DNA of 60,000 nt from Camelus ferus (Eukaryota), in assembly GCF_009834535.1 (NCBI RefSeq), contig NC_045696.1, forward strand, positions 68,016,001 through 68,076,000, written 5' to 3'. Shown here piece by piece: positions 47,845 through 59,585 of this stretch (position 1 is the first letter of the stretch; the number at the start of each line of letters is the position of its first letter). Both the position numbers and the translations under genes were made by a program. The notes under the pieces are model-generated. The model ran no database searches, was not told the origin of the DNA, and saw only the letters and a list, made by a program, of their open reading frames with translations.

Positions 47845-48965
47845 CATTTATTTATTCAACAAATATCTCTCGCATACCCACATTGGACTTGAGGATAGAG
47901 AAATGAAAGGAAAGGCAACTAACTGCAATAAATAACAAAAAAATAGGGAAGCGGGGCTATCAGAGGTCACAGGTACATTCCAAGCAGAGGTGGTATCAGA
48001 GCAAAGGCACATGGAGCTACCTTGGTAAGGTGGGAGAGGAGCGATGTTTTGACAAGGAAACAGTATGCGAAGTCATGCAGGCTACAGAGAATCCCATGTC
48101 TATTCCTGGAGCACAGGCTCCATCTTGGAGATTAGAGATGAGGATGCAAAGAGGCAGGGGCCAAATTCCTAAGAGTCTTCTCTTATATGCAAAGGGTTTT
48201 GGATTTTACCCTGAATGGGGAAATCATTGAAGGATTTTCAAAACAGAGATTTGGCATGAATGGATTTGCATTTTTGAAAATCACTCTGGAAGAAAAGAGA
48301 ATGGAATGGAGGAGCATGAGAATAGAAAACCAAGGCCAGTGGAGAATTACTGCAACCCTGTAGAAGAGAGATGCTGACGGTCTGAACTGAGGTGGGGCAG
48401 CAAAGGTGAAGCCAATAGCTAGGTATAGTTACCTGTAGTGGGTGGGTAAGAGTAGTAACCATGCTTGACTCAGTTAGATCTGAGGATGAATAGGTAGAAA
48501 GGTGAGGTTAAGGGGGAAGGAGTGAGGGGGAAGCATCCAGAATGAGTCCCAGTTTCCAGGCTTGGGTGACGAGTAGACAGCCGTTGATATCGTTCACCAA
48601 GGTGACAATGCTAAGAGACAAAGATAACATTAGATTTCCAATCAGAGCGTCCAAAAAGCACTAGAGTTCCAAACCCAATATAACCCCCTAGGAGTCATGA
48701 GCACCCAGACATAGAAGGCTGAAAACAAAGGTCCATAGCTATGGGATGTGAGCAGGAACAAGGGCCATCAAAGGAACCTTGAGGACAGACAGAAATGGAT
48801 GGAAAGAAAGAAGGAAAAAAGCAGTTAAGTGTCAGCATACCACCAAGGCCAGATCAGAGCAGGGCTAACAAGAAATGAATTTGGCCCCATCCGACTGGAA
48901 TGGTCTAAGAAGCCAAAAGAAGATGAGGAAGTAGAGACAAGTGTAAAGACAGACGCAAAGAAGAG
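47845..48965 (-). mobile_element. Long L2 fragment, about 1.1 kb
   Basis: atttattcaacaaatat...ggattttaccctgaat...gatttgcatttttgaaaatcactctgg...ccagtttccaggcttgggtgac...gaggaagtagagaca. Confidence 0.8.
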
Positions 48966-49037
48966 GGACGGCGTGTTGTCAGAGAAGGGCATGTGGGGAC
49001 GTAGCTGACTCCCCTAAGAGACAACAAACTTGGAGAG

Positions 49038-49348
49038 CAGGGCTGCCCAAGAGACACATAATGTAAGCCACAACGGCAATTTGTCATTTTCTTGCTAGTA
49101 CCATTTTAAAAAGCAAAAAGAAACCACCAAAAACTAATTTTAACAATATATTTTATTCAACCCAATATACCTATATTCATTTCATAAGTAATGATCATAA
49201 CATTTATTAATAAGATAATTTTTATCTTTGTTAGACTAAACTTTTGACGTCTGGTATTTGACACTTGCAGCACATCTCAGTTTGAACTGGACCATATTTG
49301 AAAAGCTCAACAGCCACATGTCATTCTGATTTAATTTTGACGGGTCAG
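49038..49348. mobile_element. MER33 hAT-Charlie MITE
   Basis: cagggctgcccaa...ataatgtaagccaca...taattttaacaatatattttattcaacccaatata...acacttgcagcacatctca...gctcaacagccacatgt. Confidence 0.85.
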
Positions 49349-49634
49349 GACTCAGCATGGAAAGCTGGCACAGTGTGTTTTTTTTTTTAATATGATGAAG
49401 TGAACGGACAGGTGATGGATGGAAGTATGGATGGGTTGTCATTTCACTGAGAAAACTGGTGAAGTCTCTATGCTTCTTTGCCTTTATCAACTATACTTTA
49501 AATTTCTAGTCTCGGGTCATGGCTTAATATTAATATAAACAGCCTAACTTCCATTCCTTCTAAACTTCCTCTCTTTCTTTAAAAATGACAAACATTGTCA
49601 ATCTCTCTAATTTTCTTAGAGCAAAACAACCATC

Positions 49635-49810
49635 AAACACTGGTCAGAAGATCTATCACTCACAATGATCTCAAGGAGGTCACTTTAACTCTCTGTGCCT
49701 CCATTTTCCCTGTCATAAAAATATATCCCCGACTCCACATATCTCATTGACTCATTGAAAACTCAAAATGGTTAAAACACTAAAGTATTACAGAGAAGCA
49801 AGGTAACACC
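49635..49810 (+). mobile_element. MIR fragment
   Basis: gtcactttaactctctgtgcctccattttccc. Confidence 0.55.
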
Positions 49811-50358
49811 CAAAACTTCCCCTGTATTATAAACACACATCATACAAAGTTATAATATAAATTTGAATCATGTCTACTTGCACACATACATAGATAAATA
49901 AAACTCTGCGTGGTTACGTTAACATTAGTATTTTAATTTCCAACATCACAATTCTTCCTTTCTCCCTTCAAAAACCACCAGCCTTAAGTAGAGACTTAAA
50001 TGTATGGGGTCAGGACATAGGCAAGCCAAGGAGATCGTATGGTTGACGGCTCAATGGCTTTTCCACAATGAGACACAGAAAATGTCCTGTGTGGGACTGA
50101 CATCACTTACAGTTTAACAGTTAAAATTTTTTTCACTCAACCCAACTCCCAAGAGCTGAATGGTGATAACTATTTGATTTCACTCTTCTTTTTGAGCATA
50201 AGATAGACTATTGGGGGATATGATAAATAGTGTGAGGCTGAAATGAAGACTCCTTAAAGGCACAAATGCCAAATGGAAAGAAAAAAAAATTAATTTGTTC
50301 ATTTTGCTGACTAGGATCACCACCCACAAACCTGATTTAAATTTTTAAAAATCATTTC

Positions 50359-50856
50359 TACAGTGGAATACTACTCAGCCATAAAAAAGAATAAAATAAT
50401 ACCATTTGCAGCAACATAGGTGGATCTGGAGATTGTCATTCTAAGTGAAGTAAGCCAGAAAGAGAGGAAAATACCATATGATATCACTCATATGTGGAAT
50501 CTTAAAAAAAGAAAAAGACACAAATGAACTTATTTACAAAACAGAAACACTCACAGACAGAAAACAAACTTATGGTTACCAGGGGGCAAAGGGGGTGGGA
50601 AGGGATAAATTGTGAATTCAAGATTTGTACATACTAACTAATATATAGAACAGATAAACAACAAGTTCATACTGTATAGCACAGGGAACTACATTCAATA
50701 TCTTGTAGTAACCTATAGTGAAAAAGAGTATGAAAAGGAATATATGTATGTATATGCAGGACTGAAACACTATGCTGTACACCAGAAACTGACACATCAT
50801 AAACTGACTATACTTCAATAAAAAAGTGGAAAAAACAAACAAACAAACAAACAAAA
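50359..50856 (+). mobile_element. Cetartiodactyl/camelid L1: ORF2 C-terminal tail, 3' UTR and (CAAA)n tail
   Basis: tacagtggaatactactcagccataaaaaagaat...aaacttatggttaccaggggg...ctgtatagcacagggaactacattcaatatcttg...ctatacttcaataaaaaa; same subfamily as the copy at 28391-28658. Confidence 0.9.
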
Positions 50857-51534
50857 CTCTGCAGCTGACTGACCAATAATGAAGGCCACTCACAGACCCC
50901 AGACAAAGGAGCTCATCTGACCATCCAGCACCTAATTTTAGTGGAGAAGAAACAGTAAGAACCAGAAGAGGAAGTGGAGGCCCTGAGATGGAAGGGGAGG
51001 CGGAGAGGGAGGGGAGGGAGGGGGTTGCCCTTGGGGTCACATTACGTGAGTGGCACAGCCTTAAACCCTGTTGGCCAGAATCCAGATCTTTTGTTGTTTC
51101 CCTTTATGTCCTCTGATTTCTTTAAAAGCCAAATTAAGAATTACCCACCGACTGACCCGGCCAGATAAAACGACTGATACAGAAAGGACAACACCAGGAA
51201 AAATTTTAAAACAGATAAACTTAGCTGTAAGTGCCATTTCATCCAAACTCTGTTCTACTAGCAAAAGACAAATCATCATTCCACTTGGTATTTCTCAGCC
51301 ACATGTTTTCCACAGCCAGCAAAGTTCTTCAGGCAAACTGGCCCTCACAACCAGCCTCCACCAGACCACACATGTGAACGCATCACCTTTCTATGCTAAT
51401 CACACAGCAGAAGTCAGATCTGTCCCCTCACCTACAGGTTTTAAAGAAAAACCAAAATGCTCTTATACATCCTGGCAGTGGACGGTAGGGACAGTTTATA
51501 AAATGTTGCTGCTGTTTTTAATTAACAAACACTA

Positions 51535-51702
51535 GTTACTTAATCTTCCCAACCATCCCTAGGAAGTGGGTACTATTATCATTATTCCCATTTTACAGAC
51601 AAGAAAACTGAGGCCCGGGTAGACAAAGTGGCGGAGCCAGGAACTGAATCTAGGCAATCTGGCGCTGGGCTGGTGCTCGTCTCCTCCACGCCACGCTGCC
51701 TC
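51535..51702 (-). mobile_element. MIR
   Basis: gggtactattatcattattcccattttacagacaagaaaactgaggc...gtggcggagccaggaactgaatctaggcaatctgg. Confidence 0.85.
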
Positions 51703-52199
51703 TCAGCTGGTTTTGTTTGTCTTCCTTCTTTTCACTGTCGTGGGAGAGGTACCAGAACACAATCATGGATAGTGAGAAATATGAAGGGCACACCACCAAC
51801 ACATTCTCTCCCTCAAGTCAAGTTACAGGAGACAAAATCTTAACCAGGAACCAAGTTAGTGATTTGAGCTGAGAAAGCCCTGTCACGAGACCAGAAATAC
51901 GCATCATCCGTGGGATCAGATGTCCCCTCTGTCACCCTCAGGAGGTGGTCTCAGGAGAGGGAAAGTCAAGTCAGAGGCTCAGAGACGGCAGGAAAGACAG
52001 ACTGAAGCATCAGCCCCCACAGGGGTCACGCTGCGGGGACTGGGAGGCCCTGACCTAGGCTCCCTCTTCCCTGAGCGCAGCCAAGGCTTGAGCAGGGACT
52101 CCCGTCCCCATTTTGCAGATGCATGGCCCCCAGTTTTGTTACAAGTTACAAGACACTCATTCCCCACAGATGTCACTCTGAGTTCATGGGACACAAAAG

Positions 52200-52390
52200 C
52201 GACACAGTGTAGGGGGTGGGATATTCAGGCTCTGCAGTCAGACCAATCTGAGTTCAGATCCTGTGATGCTGTGTGAGTCACACGCCGAGTCTGGACTTCC
52301 TACCCTGTGACGCGGGGAAGGATAACGACCCTACCTCGTGGGGTTACCAGGAGATTAGAGACAACCCGGCGAACAGCCTAAGACCTGCCT
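52200..52390 (+). mobile_element. MIR
   Basis: caggctctgcagtcagaccaatctgagttcagatcctg...cctacctcgtggggtt...gagattaga. Confidence 0.7.
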
Positions 52391-52401
52391 CCAGCAGCAA
52401 C

Positions 52402-53208
52402 CAGAGTCCTCCCCCTTATCCGGGTTTCAGTTACCCAAGGTCAACGTGGTCCAAAAATATTGAGTGGAAAAGTCCAGAAATAAACAATTCCTAGGTTTTA
52501 AATTGTGGGCCATTCTGAGTAGCGTGATGAAATCTCCCACCACCTTGCTCGGTCGCCCCCAGAGTGAATCATTCACGTCACCACCTTCACCCAGCGTACC
52601 CTGCCTCTTAGTCACTCAGTAGCCACCTCCGTTATCAGATCTACTGTCTGGGTATCACTGTGTTGTGTTCAAGTCATCCTTCCTTTACGTAATAACAGTC
52701 CAAAGCCAGGAGCAGTGACTCTGGCAATTCAGATCCACCAAAGAGAAGCCGTGAAGAGCTTCCTTTAAGTGGGAAGGTGGAAAATTCTCCACTTAATAAG
52801 GAAAACAAAAATGTATGCTGAGGTTGCTAAGATCTACAGAAGAACAAATCTTTCATCCATGAAATTGTGAAAAAGGAAAATGAAGTCCACGCTAACTGCA
52901 AGACTGCAGAAGTTATGGCTACAGTGTGTGATAAGTACTTAGCGAAGTTGGAAAAGGCATTACATTTATACAATAATGTATTCTGAGGAAGACAGATCAC
53001 ATTCATGTAACTTTCATTACAGCATATTATTACAATTGTTCTGTTTTATTGTTGGTGATTCTTGTTAATCTCTTATTGTGCCTAATTTATAGATTAAACT
53101 TTATCATAGGTATGTACGTATAGAAAAAAAACATTGTACATATAGGATTCAGTGCGATCCACGGTTTCAGGCATCCACTGGGGGTCTGTGGATAAGTCAG
53201 AACTACTG
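52402..53208 (+). mobile_element. MER44 (Tigger7-derived, TcMar-Tigger) DNA transposon
   Basis: TIR-like ends cagagtcctcccccttatcc and tggataagtcagaactactg; ccagaaataaacaattc...attctgagtagcgtgatgaaatctc; degraded transposase N-terminus PKRSR...YAEVAKIY. Confidence 0.9.
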
Positions 53209-53320
53209 AGCCTGATAAAAAAATGAAAAACGCCTGATACACCCTGCTGCCCCTGGATATTTTCCCTTTCGTTGTGGGAAGGATAAAATGGACGTGCTGC
53301 ACCTTTCTTCCTTGCTTGCT

Positions 53321-53420
53321 TTCTTATTTTTTTTTTTAAATGCCTCGAAGTACTGAGGATTGAACCCAGGACTTCATGCATGCTAAGCATGCACTCTACC
53401 ACTATTCTCATCCCCCACCC
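53321..53420 (-). mobile_element. Vic-1-like SINE, short form
   Basis: gtactgaggattgaacccaggacttcatgcatgctaagcatgcactctaccact...ccccc preceded by a T-run. Confidence 0.85.
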
Positions 53421-54049
53421 CGCTTTTCAGTGGCATAGCTGTGTTCAGTCACCTGAACACAAAATCCCTTAAGCCCCTCAACCATTCAGTCAAGTCTTGT
53501 GCTGTTTCACACACTGGTGCTCTTGTCTATGTTCTCCCTTTTTTCCTAGAAAGTTTTTTTTTTAACCAAACTCCTACTCGTGTTACAAAACCCAACTCAA
53601 GCATCATTGACCCCATGAAGCCTTTCCAATCATTCTTTCCTCTGTGCTTTGTGTGCACATCAATTATCATACTGATGACACTAAAAGATGGTTGAATAAC
53701 CACATGCAAAGCTGATATTCATCAGTAAACAGATTGCTAAAATATGTAAATATGTCTTTGCCCATCGGTAAACAGCTTCTGTTTTGAGGCCCCCAAATAG
53801 CCTCACATCACCTCGATTTTCCCAATCCCTTCCTTCCAACCCCTTGAACCTCTCCCCCAGTCCAGCAACAAAAAAGTTTCCCTTTCAGAGCTGGTACCCC
53901 TTCAGTCCAAGGTACTATACATATAGAAATATCACCTCTGTGTTTGTGGATAACTCACCTCTAAACTAAATGTTGACTTACAGACTTTTTGGAACAGGAC
54001 AGGTATTAACTGCTGGATAGGATGCTCCTTGGGGGTCAAAGGCAGGTGA

Positions 54050-54190
54050 CTCCTCAGCATCTAGAACACTCCAACCGGGGCAAACCCTTAGCAAATGCTG
54101 AAGTGGTTCACAGTGTCTCCTACACCTCTCCCTCCTCAGCTGCAGCTCAACACATAGTAGGCCTTCAATAAGTACTTGCTGCCCGACTTC
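54050..54190 (+). mobile_element. L2 3' end
   Basis: ctcagcatctagaaca...acacatagtaggccttcaataagtacttgctg. Confidence 0.55.
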
Positions 54191-54809
54191 CCTGCTGTGT
54201 GCAGCTTTTGAGTCAGGCCCAGCTGGACTCTTGCCTCCTCCAGCTACCCAACCCATGTCCCTGACCCCAGCTGCTCCCCCTCCAGCCATCCTCACCCACT
54301 TCCAATGACACGACCTAGAGGCCAGCTCTGCTCCACACCTCCAAGGGTCCCCTGATACTGACAAATCCAATCCACACTCTCCTGAGACTGGCATGGGGGT
54401 CCTCATCCTTGAGCCCCTTCTCAGAACAAGAAAACGACCAAAGGGAACATGTTTCCTCAAAGTACACAAAGGGCAGTGAATATATATAAGTGACCCCTTG
54501 AAAAGTTACCCAGAATTGTTAAAAACAGCTCCTTGTATTGAGGTTTAAAAAACGGTTGCACATCAGATTGATTCACTTCCTCCTCCCTCATCATCCAGTG
54601 AGGTAGGAAGAACAAGGATACTTTCTCCAACGTTAGTGACGGGAGGTGACTTCGCCACGTTAACACAGCTGAGTCACACCGGCCACGACTGAAATTCTAA
54701 CCTCAAGAATCTCCATCCAGAGCTGTTTGGTTTCCCTGGGTAAGCACATCTCTTTCATGCACAATTTTATGGACTAGGATATAAAAACTCAGCACACAGC
54801 TCTGTCACC

Positions 54810-55200
54810 CGCTGTGTCCTAAGGCGGCTGTATTCTCCCACGTAGCACTTCTCACGCTCGTCTGTTGCCTGTCTCACCTCCTAGACTGCAAGCCACATGA
54901 GGCCACGGACTCTGCCCGTCTCCTTCATCACTGCATCCCGACACCTAGATGAGAGCATGCCTGGCCACTTGACTGTGAAAGAGAAGAGGATTTGAAGTCA
55001 GACCCAATACTGACTCCCTCCACCCTCACTTACCAGCAGCCTAACAACGGACAGATAACTAAACCTCTCCAAGCCTCCATCGCTTCAGCCTTAAAATCCA
55101 GATAATGACACCTACTGTCAGTATGTCTGGAAGGAGTTTTTAAAAAAAAGAATATTGGCCAGTGCTCCGCACAAGATAAGCAGTCAATAAACGCCAGTCC
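54810..55200 (+). mobile_element. L2 3' fragment (54810-54965) followed by MIR (54970-55200)
   Basis: ctagactgcaagccacatgaggccacggactctg...catcactgcatccc; gaagtcagacc...cacttaccagc...aacctctccaagcctc...taaaatccagataat. Confidence 0.65.
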
Positions 55201-55499
55201 CCTTTCTCTACGTCTCCCCCTAGCCATCACCCTGCCTCCTGCAGCACCCGGGCCACACATAAGTGCTTCTCCACCTCCGAGTGACTCTCCCTCCCCCAGA
55301 GCCTTCCTGTGGCAGGTGTCTTCAAGGGGGACCCAGGAAGAGCTCACAGCTGCAGACGACCACATTTTCACGTGTGCCAAGCGCTGACCTACTTTCCAGC
55401 CAGACCAAAGAAGGTGATGCTGGGAGTGATTCAACAAGGTCTTTTTTTTTCCCCCAAGTCATCCTGAACATAGGCCATAACACAGGATCATGGGCTCAC

Positions 55500-55660
55500 A
55501 AAACTCAGAGCTGAAAGGTCTACAAAGCCCAGCTGGCCAGGTTCAACTCCCTTATTTTATAGATGGGGAATATGTGTTCTAGAGAATGGGAGTGTCTTAG
55601 CCGAGAACAAACCCCCAAGGTCCCCAGAGATCAGTAACAACAGCACAGCTCCAGTTACCT
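55500..55660 (-). mobile_element. MIR3-like fragment
   Basis: cagagctgaaagg...caactcccttattttatagatggggaa. Confidence 0.6.
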
Positions 55661-55887
55661 CCTAAGAGAGGACCCTGGCTTGCCCACCACTTCCTCTCAT
55701 CTCAGGAATGACTCCTTATGTCTCAGAGCCTAAGGTCTCGCTGATTCCAGTCCAGGCAAGTGCAGCCTATCCATTATTAAATATTCTGCATCTCTGTAGA
55801 TTATGGGAATTTTCTCTAGTTTTTCCAGCCCCGTGAATTAACATCTACACACCTAGAAATAAAACTGCAAATGTTTTAAATTATAAG

Positions 55888-56045
55888 TGGTCTAAGAAAA
55901 GAACAAGAGACTAGAAGCGAGGGGGTATGGAGCCTAGACTTGGTTCTGCCACTAACCACTTGCATGACCTTGAGCGAGTCCTTCCCCGCTCCTGGTCTGC
56001 AGTTTCTCATATTAAAGTGGGACTGCTGGAACAGATCCTCTCCAA
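55888..56045 (+). mobile_element. MIR fragment
   Basis: ttggttctgccactaaccacttgcatgaccttgagcgagtc...cagtttctcatattaaagtggg. Confidence 0.7.
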
Positions 56046-56999
56046 GCTGGGATATGCTGGATGCGTGTTTCTCATCATCACTTTCAATATAATATTATCA
56101 CCCACTGTCCAAAATAATTAGCCTGTGACTCGTTAAGCTCGGAATTTTCCCATAGTGCAACAGGGTGTATGTTCTTTACTGTGTGATCAGTGTTCATCAA
56201 TGAGCTGTAAAGCTTTTTAAAGACCAGGGTCCCATTTGTATGTAATTATGTCACACAGACGTTGTAAATAACATAAGAGTAAATGCTGCCAAGCTGATGA
56301 AGTTTACACTAATGCATGCTGCAGGATGACAATAAAACAATAAGGCAGTCCCATCAATATGTCAAAATTCAGGCATCCTGTGGATTTCTTCACCGTGGTT
56401 CCTTTATTCTAACAACCCTGCCATTCTTCAAATCCCTTCCTTATAAACTACGTGTAGAAGTAGTTGTAGACCTTATAGAAAATTCTCAGTGGAATGGAAT
56501 GGAATCAGCAAGAACTCTTTGATTTTGAAGATGGATTCTGATTTTTTCAACAGTCACTGAGAGACAATCCCAGCGAATAAGAGAGGTGATCTTCTTGCAG
56601 GCAACCAGGCCGAACAATACTTGGCCAAGAAAATTGTCACATGAAGTCCTGGGGTGATAAGAGCGTCACGGGCCTAAGTCACGAGCCACAGCTGACCCCA
56701 GAGGGCTCACTTAAAGAAGGCAAGAGTCAGTGGATTTCTAGGCAGTATCAGGCCTGCAATAAATCATACTAAATCTCCCTAAGGCTGCCAAGAAAACTCA
56801 ACGTGCTGATTCAGAGGTGGGTGCTTCTCTCCTGCTTCCCTACTCTTTTCAAAAAAAAAAAAAAAAAGGTTCTCAATAAGAAATGCCAGGTGAGCCCTAT
56901 GAGACTCCAACACAAGCAGAGTCACTGGAATACGTCCTCAAAGATGATGACACAGGTTTCCCAGTTTTCCTTCCCTGCTAGGCACTCATAAAACAAACT

Positions 57000-57260
57000 A
57001 AGGAAAAAGACCTTTATGCATTAAAATGTTCACAACAGCATTATTTAGAAGAGAAAAGAACTGGCAATAATCCATATCCTAAAATACGTAAATGGCTAAA
57101 CTGTAGAATAGTCCCTCCACTCAATGGAATATGTGGCAATTAAAAATGTGAGAATTATAAAATAATCTGAAAACGTTTATGAATATTGATTGGAGGATAG
57201 AAAAGCCAAACTGCCTAGTAAGAATAAGTATAAGAAAGTACTGGTAGATAATATTTTAAT
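57000..57260 (+). mobile_element. Ancient L1 (L1ME-type) fragment
   Basis: aaatgttcacaacagcattatttagaa...aactgg...aatggctaaa...caatggaatat...gcaattaaaaat. Confidence 0.6.
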
Positions 57261-57419
57261 AATATACCTTCTTTTGAATAATAATGATGATGACTAACAG
57301 CTAACGGCATGACTCAGGCTCCTCCATGACAGCCTGGAAATATCTGGAGCTATGATAAAGATACAGGGGTTTAAATAGAAGAAGGCAATCAGAAACTCCC
57401 AAAAAAAAAAAAAAACCAA

Positions 57420-58640
57420 AAGATTGCGTGAGAAGTCGTGACGCAAATTTGGAGAAACCAGTCCAAAATAAAAGAAAAAGTTGATGGAACTTTAAGAAGA
57501 AACACGGAACAGACTCCAAGTAGGCAGGAAAACAATGAGAAATCAAAAGATGTATAGGATATGGTAGAAAATACTCTATTACTTCATTTTCTTCTCCCAA
57601 TCCAAAAAATACAAACCCCAAAAATATTAACCAAAAAAAAAAAAAAAAGCCAAGACGCTCATTGTAGAAATACAACAACCTGGGATGAAGGTAAAGTTCC
57701 ATCCCCTGCGAGAGGCTTAAAGATGGTGACCTCTGAAGCCTGGAAAAGGAAATGAAACCACAGTACATGATTGGTCCTGTACTGAGCAATATTGACCTAG
57801 AAATCATCATCTAAATGTTGTTGTTTTCCAGCTTTTGAAATCAACCCACAGACACAGCACAGAAGACTCAATTATGGTTACAAAACCATATAAAAGTGCA
57901 GGTAGACATGCATCTGCTATAAAACGGGAGATGCAAAAGGTAACATAAAACATAACTGACAAATTATAAGAGTAGGAGAGGAAAGGGAGAGAGAAACCTC
58001 AGCGTCTTCATCGTACAAAATGGTGGGCGAACAGACGCTGCCAGAAGTTGACATAACAAGAAATGGATATCTATGCACCTTATATAAAATGTGTAAAGGA
58101 AACGAACCCAGAGAGAGTAAAAAAAATGTCCGGTAGTCAAAGACTGGGAAGGGGGATGGGAGCGCCAGCGGATGCACGAGCTAGTCCTCGCCTATCGTAA
58201 AAGCCCACAGGCATGTCTAAAACTAGTAACTCAAAAACTAAAGGTATTTAGAGATATGACAATAACCACTGGAAGAATTACTAACAAAAACGGTTACTGT
58301 AAATGCGGAGAAGGGACTGGGGTGGGGAGAGATGGACAAGAAATTCTTCTTTTTAGTTTTTTAGGGTTTGGGGGGTTTTTTGTTATTGTTGTTTTTGAAG
58401 AGTAATTTATTTATTTAGGTTTTTCGGGGGGGGGGGGAATTAGGTTTACTTAGTTCTTTTATTTTTAGAGGAGGCACAGGGGATTGAACCCAGGACATCG
58501 TGCGTGCTGAGCATGCGCTCTACCACTTGAGCTATACCCTCCCCCCAGGTTTTTTTTTTTTAATCAACACTCTGTAGTATTTTATTAATTTTTACTGTGA
58601 GTATTTATTTGAACATCATTTAAAATTTTTTTTAAATAAT
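57420..58640 (+). mobile_element. HAL1-like (half-L1) 3' region, interrupted by a Vic-1 SINE
   Basis: A-rich L1-like sequence with cagcttttgaaatcaacc...aataaccactggaagaa...ggactggggtggggag, resuming after the SINE with tgtagtattttattaatttttactgtgagtat. Confidence 0.5.
58352..58546 (-). mobile_element. Vic-1-like SINE, long-tail form
   Basis: Minus strand reads ggggggagggtatagctcaagtggtagagcgcatgctcagcacgcacgatgtcctgggttcaatcccctgtgcctcc, then aaacctaattcccccc and an A-rich tail; left boundary approximate. Confidence 0.85.
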
Positions 58641-59479
58641 ATTTCAAAGGAAAAAGGAATTGCTCCAACTAGCATGACCCAGAGGTCACAGAGGTCAAAT
58701 GTGAAGGGGCTTTCTTGGGAAAACCATTAGCAAATGTCACTCTTGTGGAGATACTAAATGTACAACCAAGGTCCCCTTTTTAAGTCTCTCAGCCTCTTTT
58801 TTAAAACTCCCCTCTCCCTTTCACTTCCCAAATTCCTTAACTCTCTCCTAACATTTTCCTATAAAATTTTGAACACTCTGTGCCCCTCCACTTTCTCCAC
58901 TGGCTTCAAAATAAAAAGCAGTCCCCAGTGAAAGCTTGAAAATGTAAAGAATCCCTGAGGAAACCCCCAAAATCAACAGACAGCTCAGGCTGCGCAGTCC
59001 TGCGGCCTAGAAGCGCACCAGGGCCTGGAGGCTGGAGCTATAATTAGCCGCTTCTGGGCAGACAACAAGGACTCCTGCTCCCTGGAAAGGAGGTAATTAA
59101 AGGAGGCAGATTTAGGCCTGAGGTGGTAAGTCCTAAGGAACTGTGGCTCCGGGCAATCCCAGGCTGCACCCCGAATGAGGAAACAGGAACCCGCAGGCCT
59201 GACAATCCATCCTAAACCATTTTTTCTTCCCCTCTTCGGTTTCTAAAACCAGGGGAATGTCAGCCATCAGCCTGAACACTTCTTATCTTCAGTCACCTAA
59301 GACCCATTTCCTGGGCACCCTCCATTCACCAGGCATGCGCCCAGTGCCACGGGGAGGGCAGGGGAGAATCAGACCCGAACCTTGACCGCAGGGAGCCAAC
59401 CGAGAAGATGGGCGAAAACAGAACTTCGAGCACACAGCGCTGCCAACAGGCGTTCCCTCCAACCCCTGCGACCACCCAG

Positions 59480-59585
59480 TAGGGTTTTACAGATGAAGCT
59501 GGAGAATCTGGAGCTCGGGGAGGAGGAACAACCTCTTCAAGGTCATGAAGCTGGAGAGAAACTGGGCACAAACTCCAGACCACGC
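59480..59585 (-). mobile_element. MIR fragment
   Basis: ttttacagatgaag...caaggtcatgaagctgg. Confidence 0.5.
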
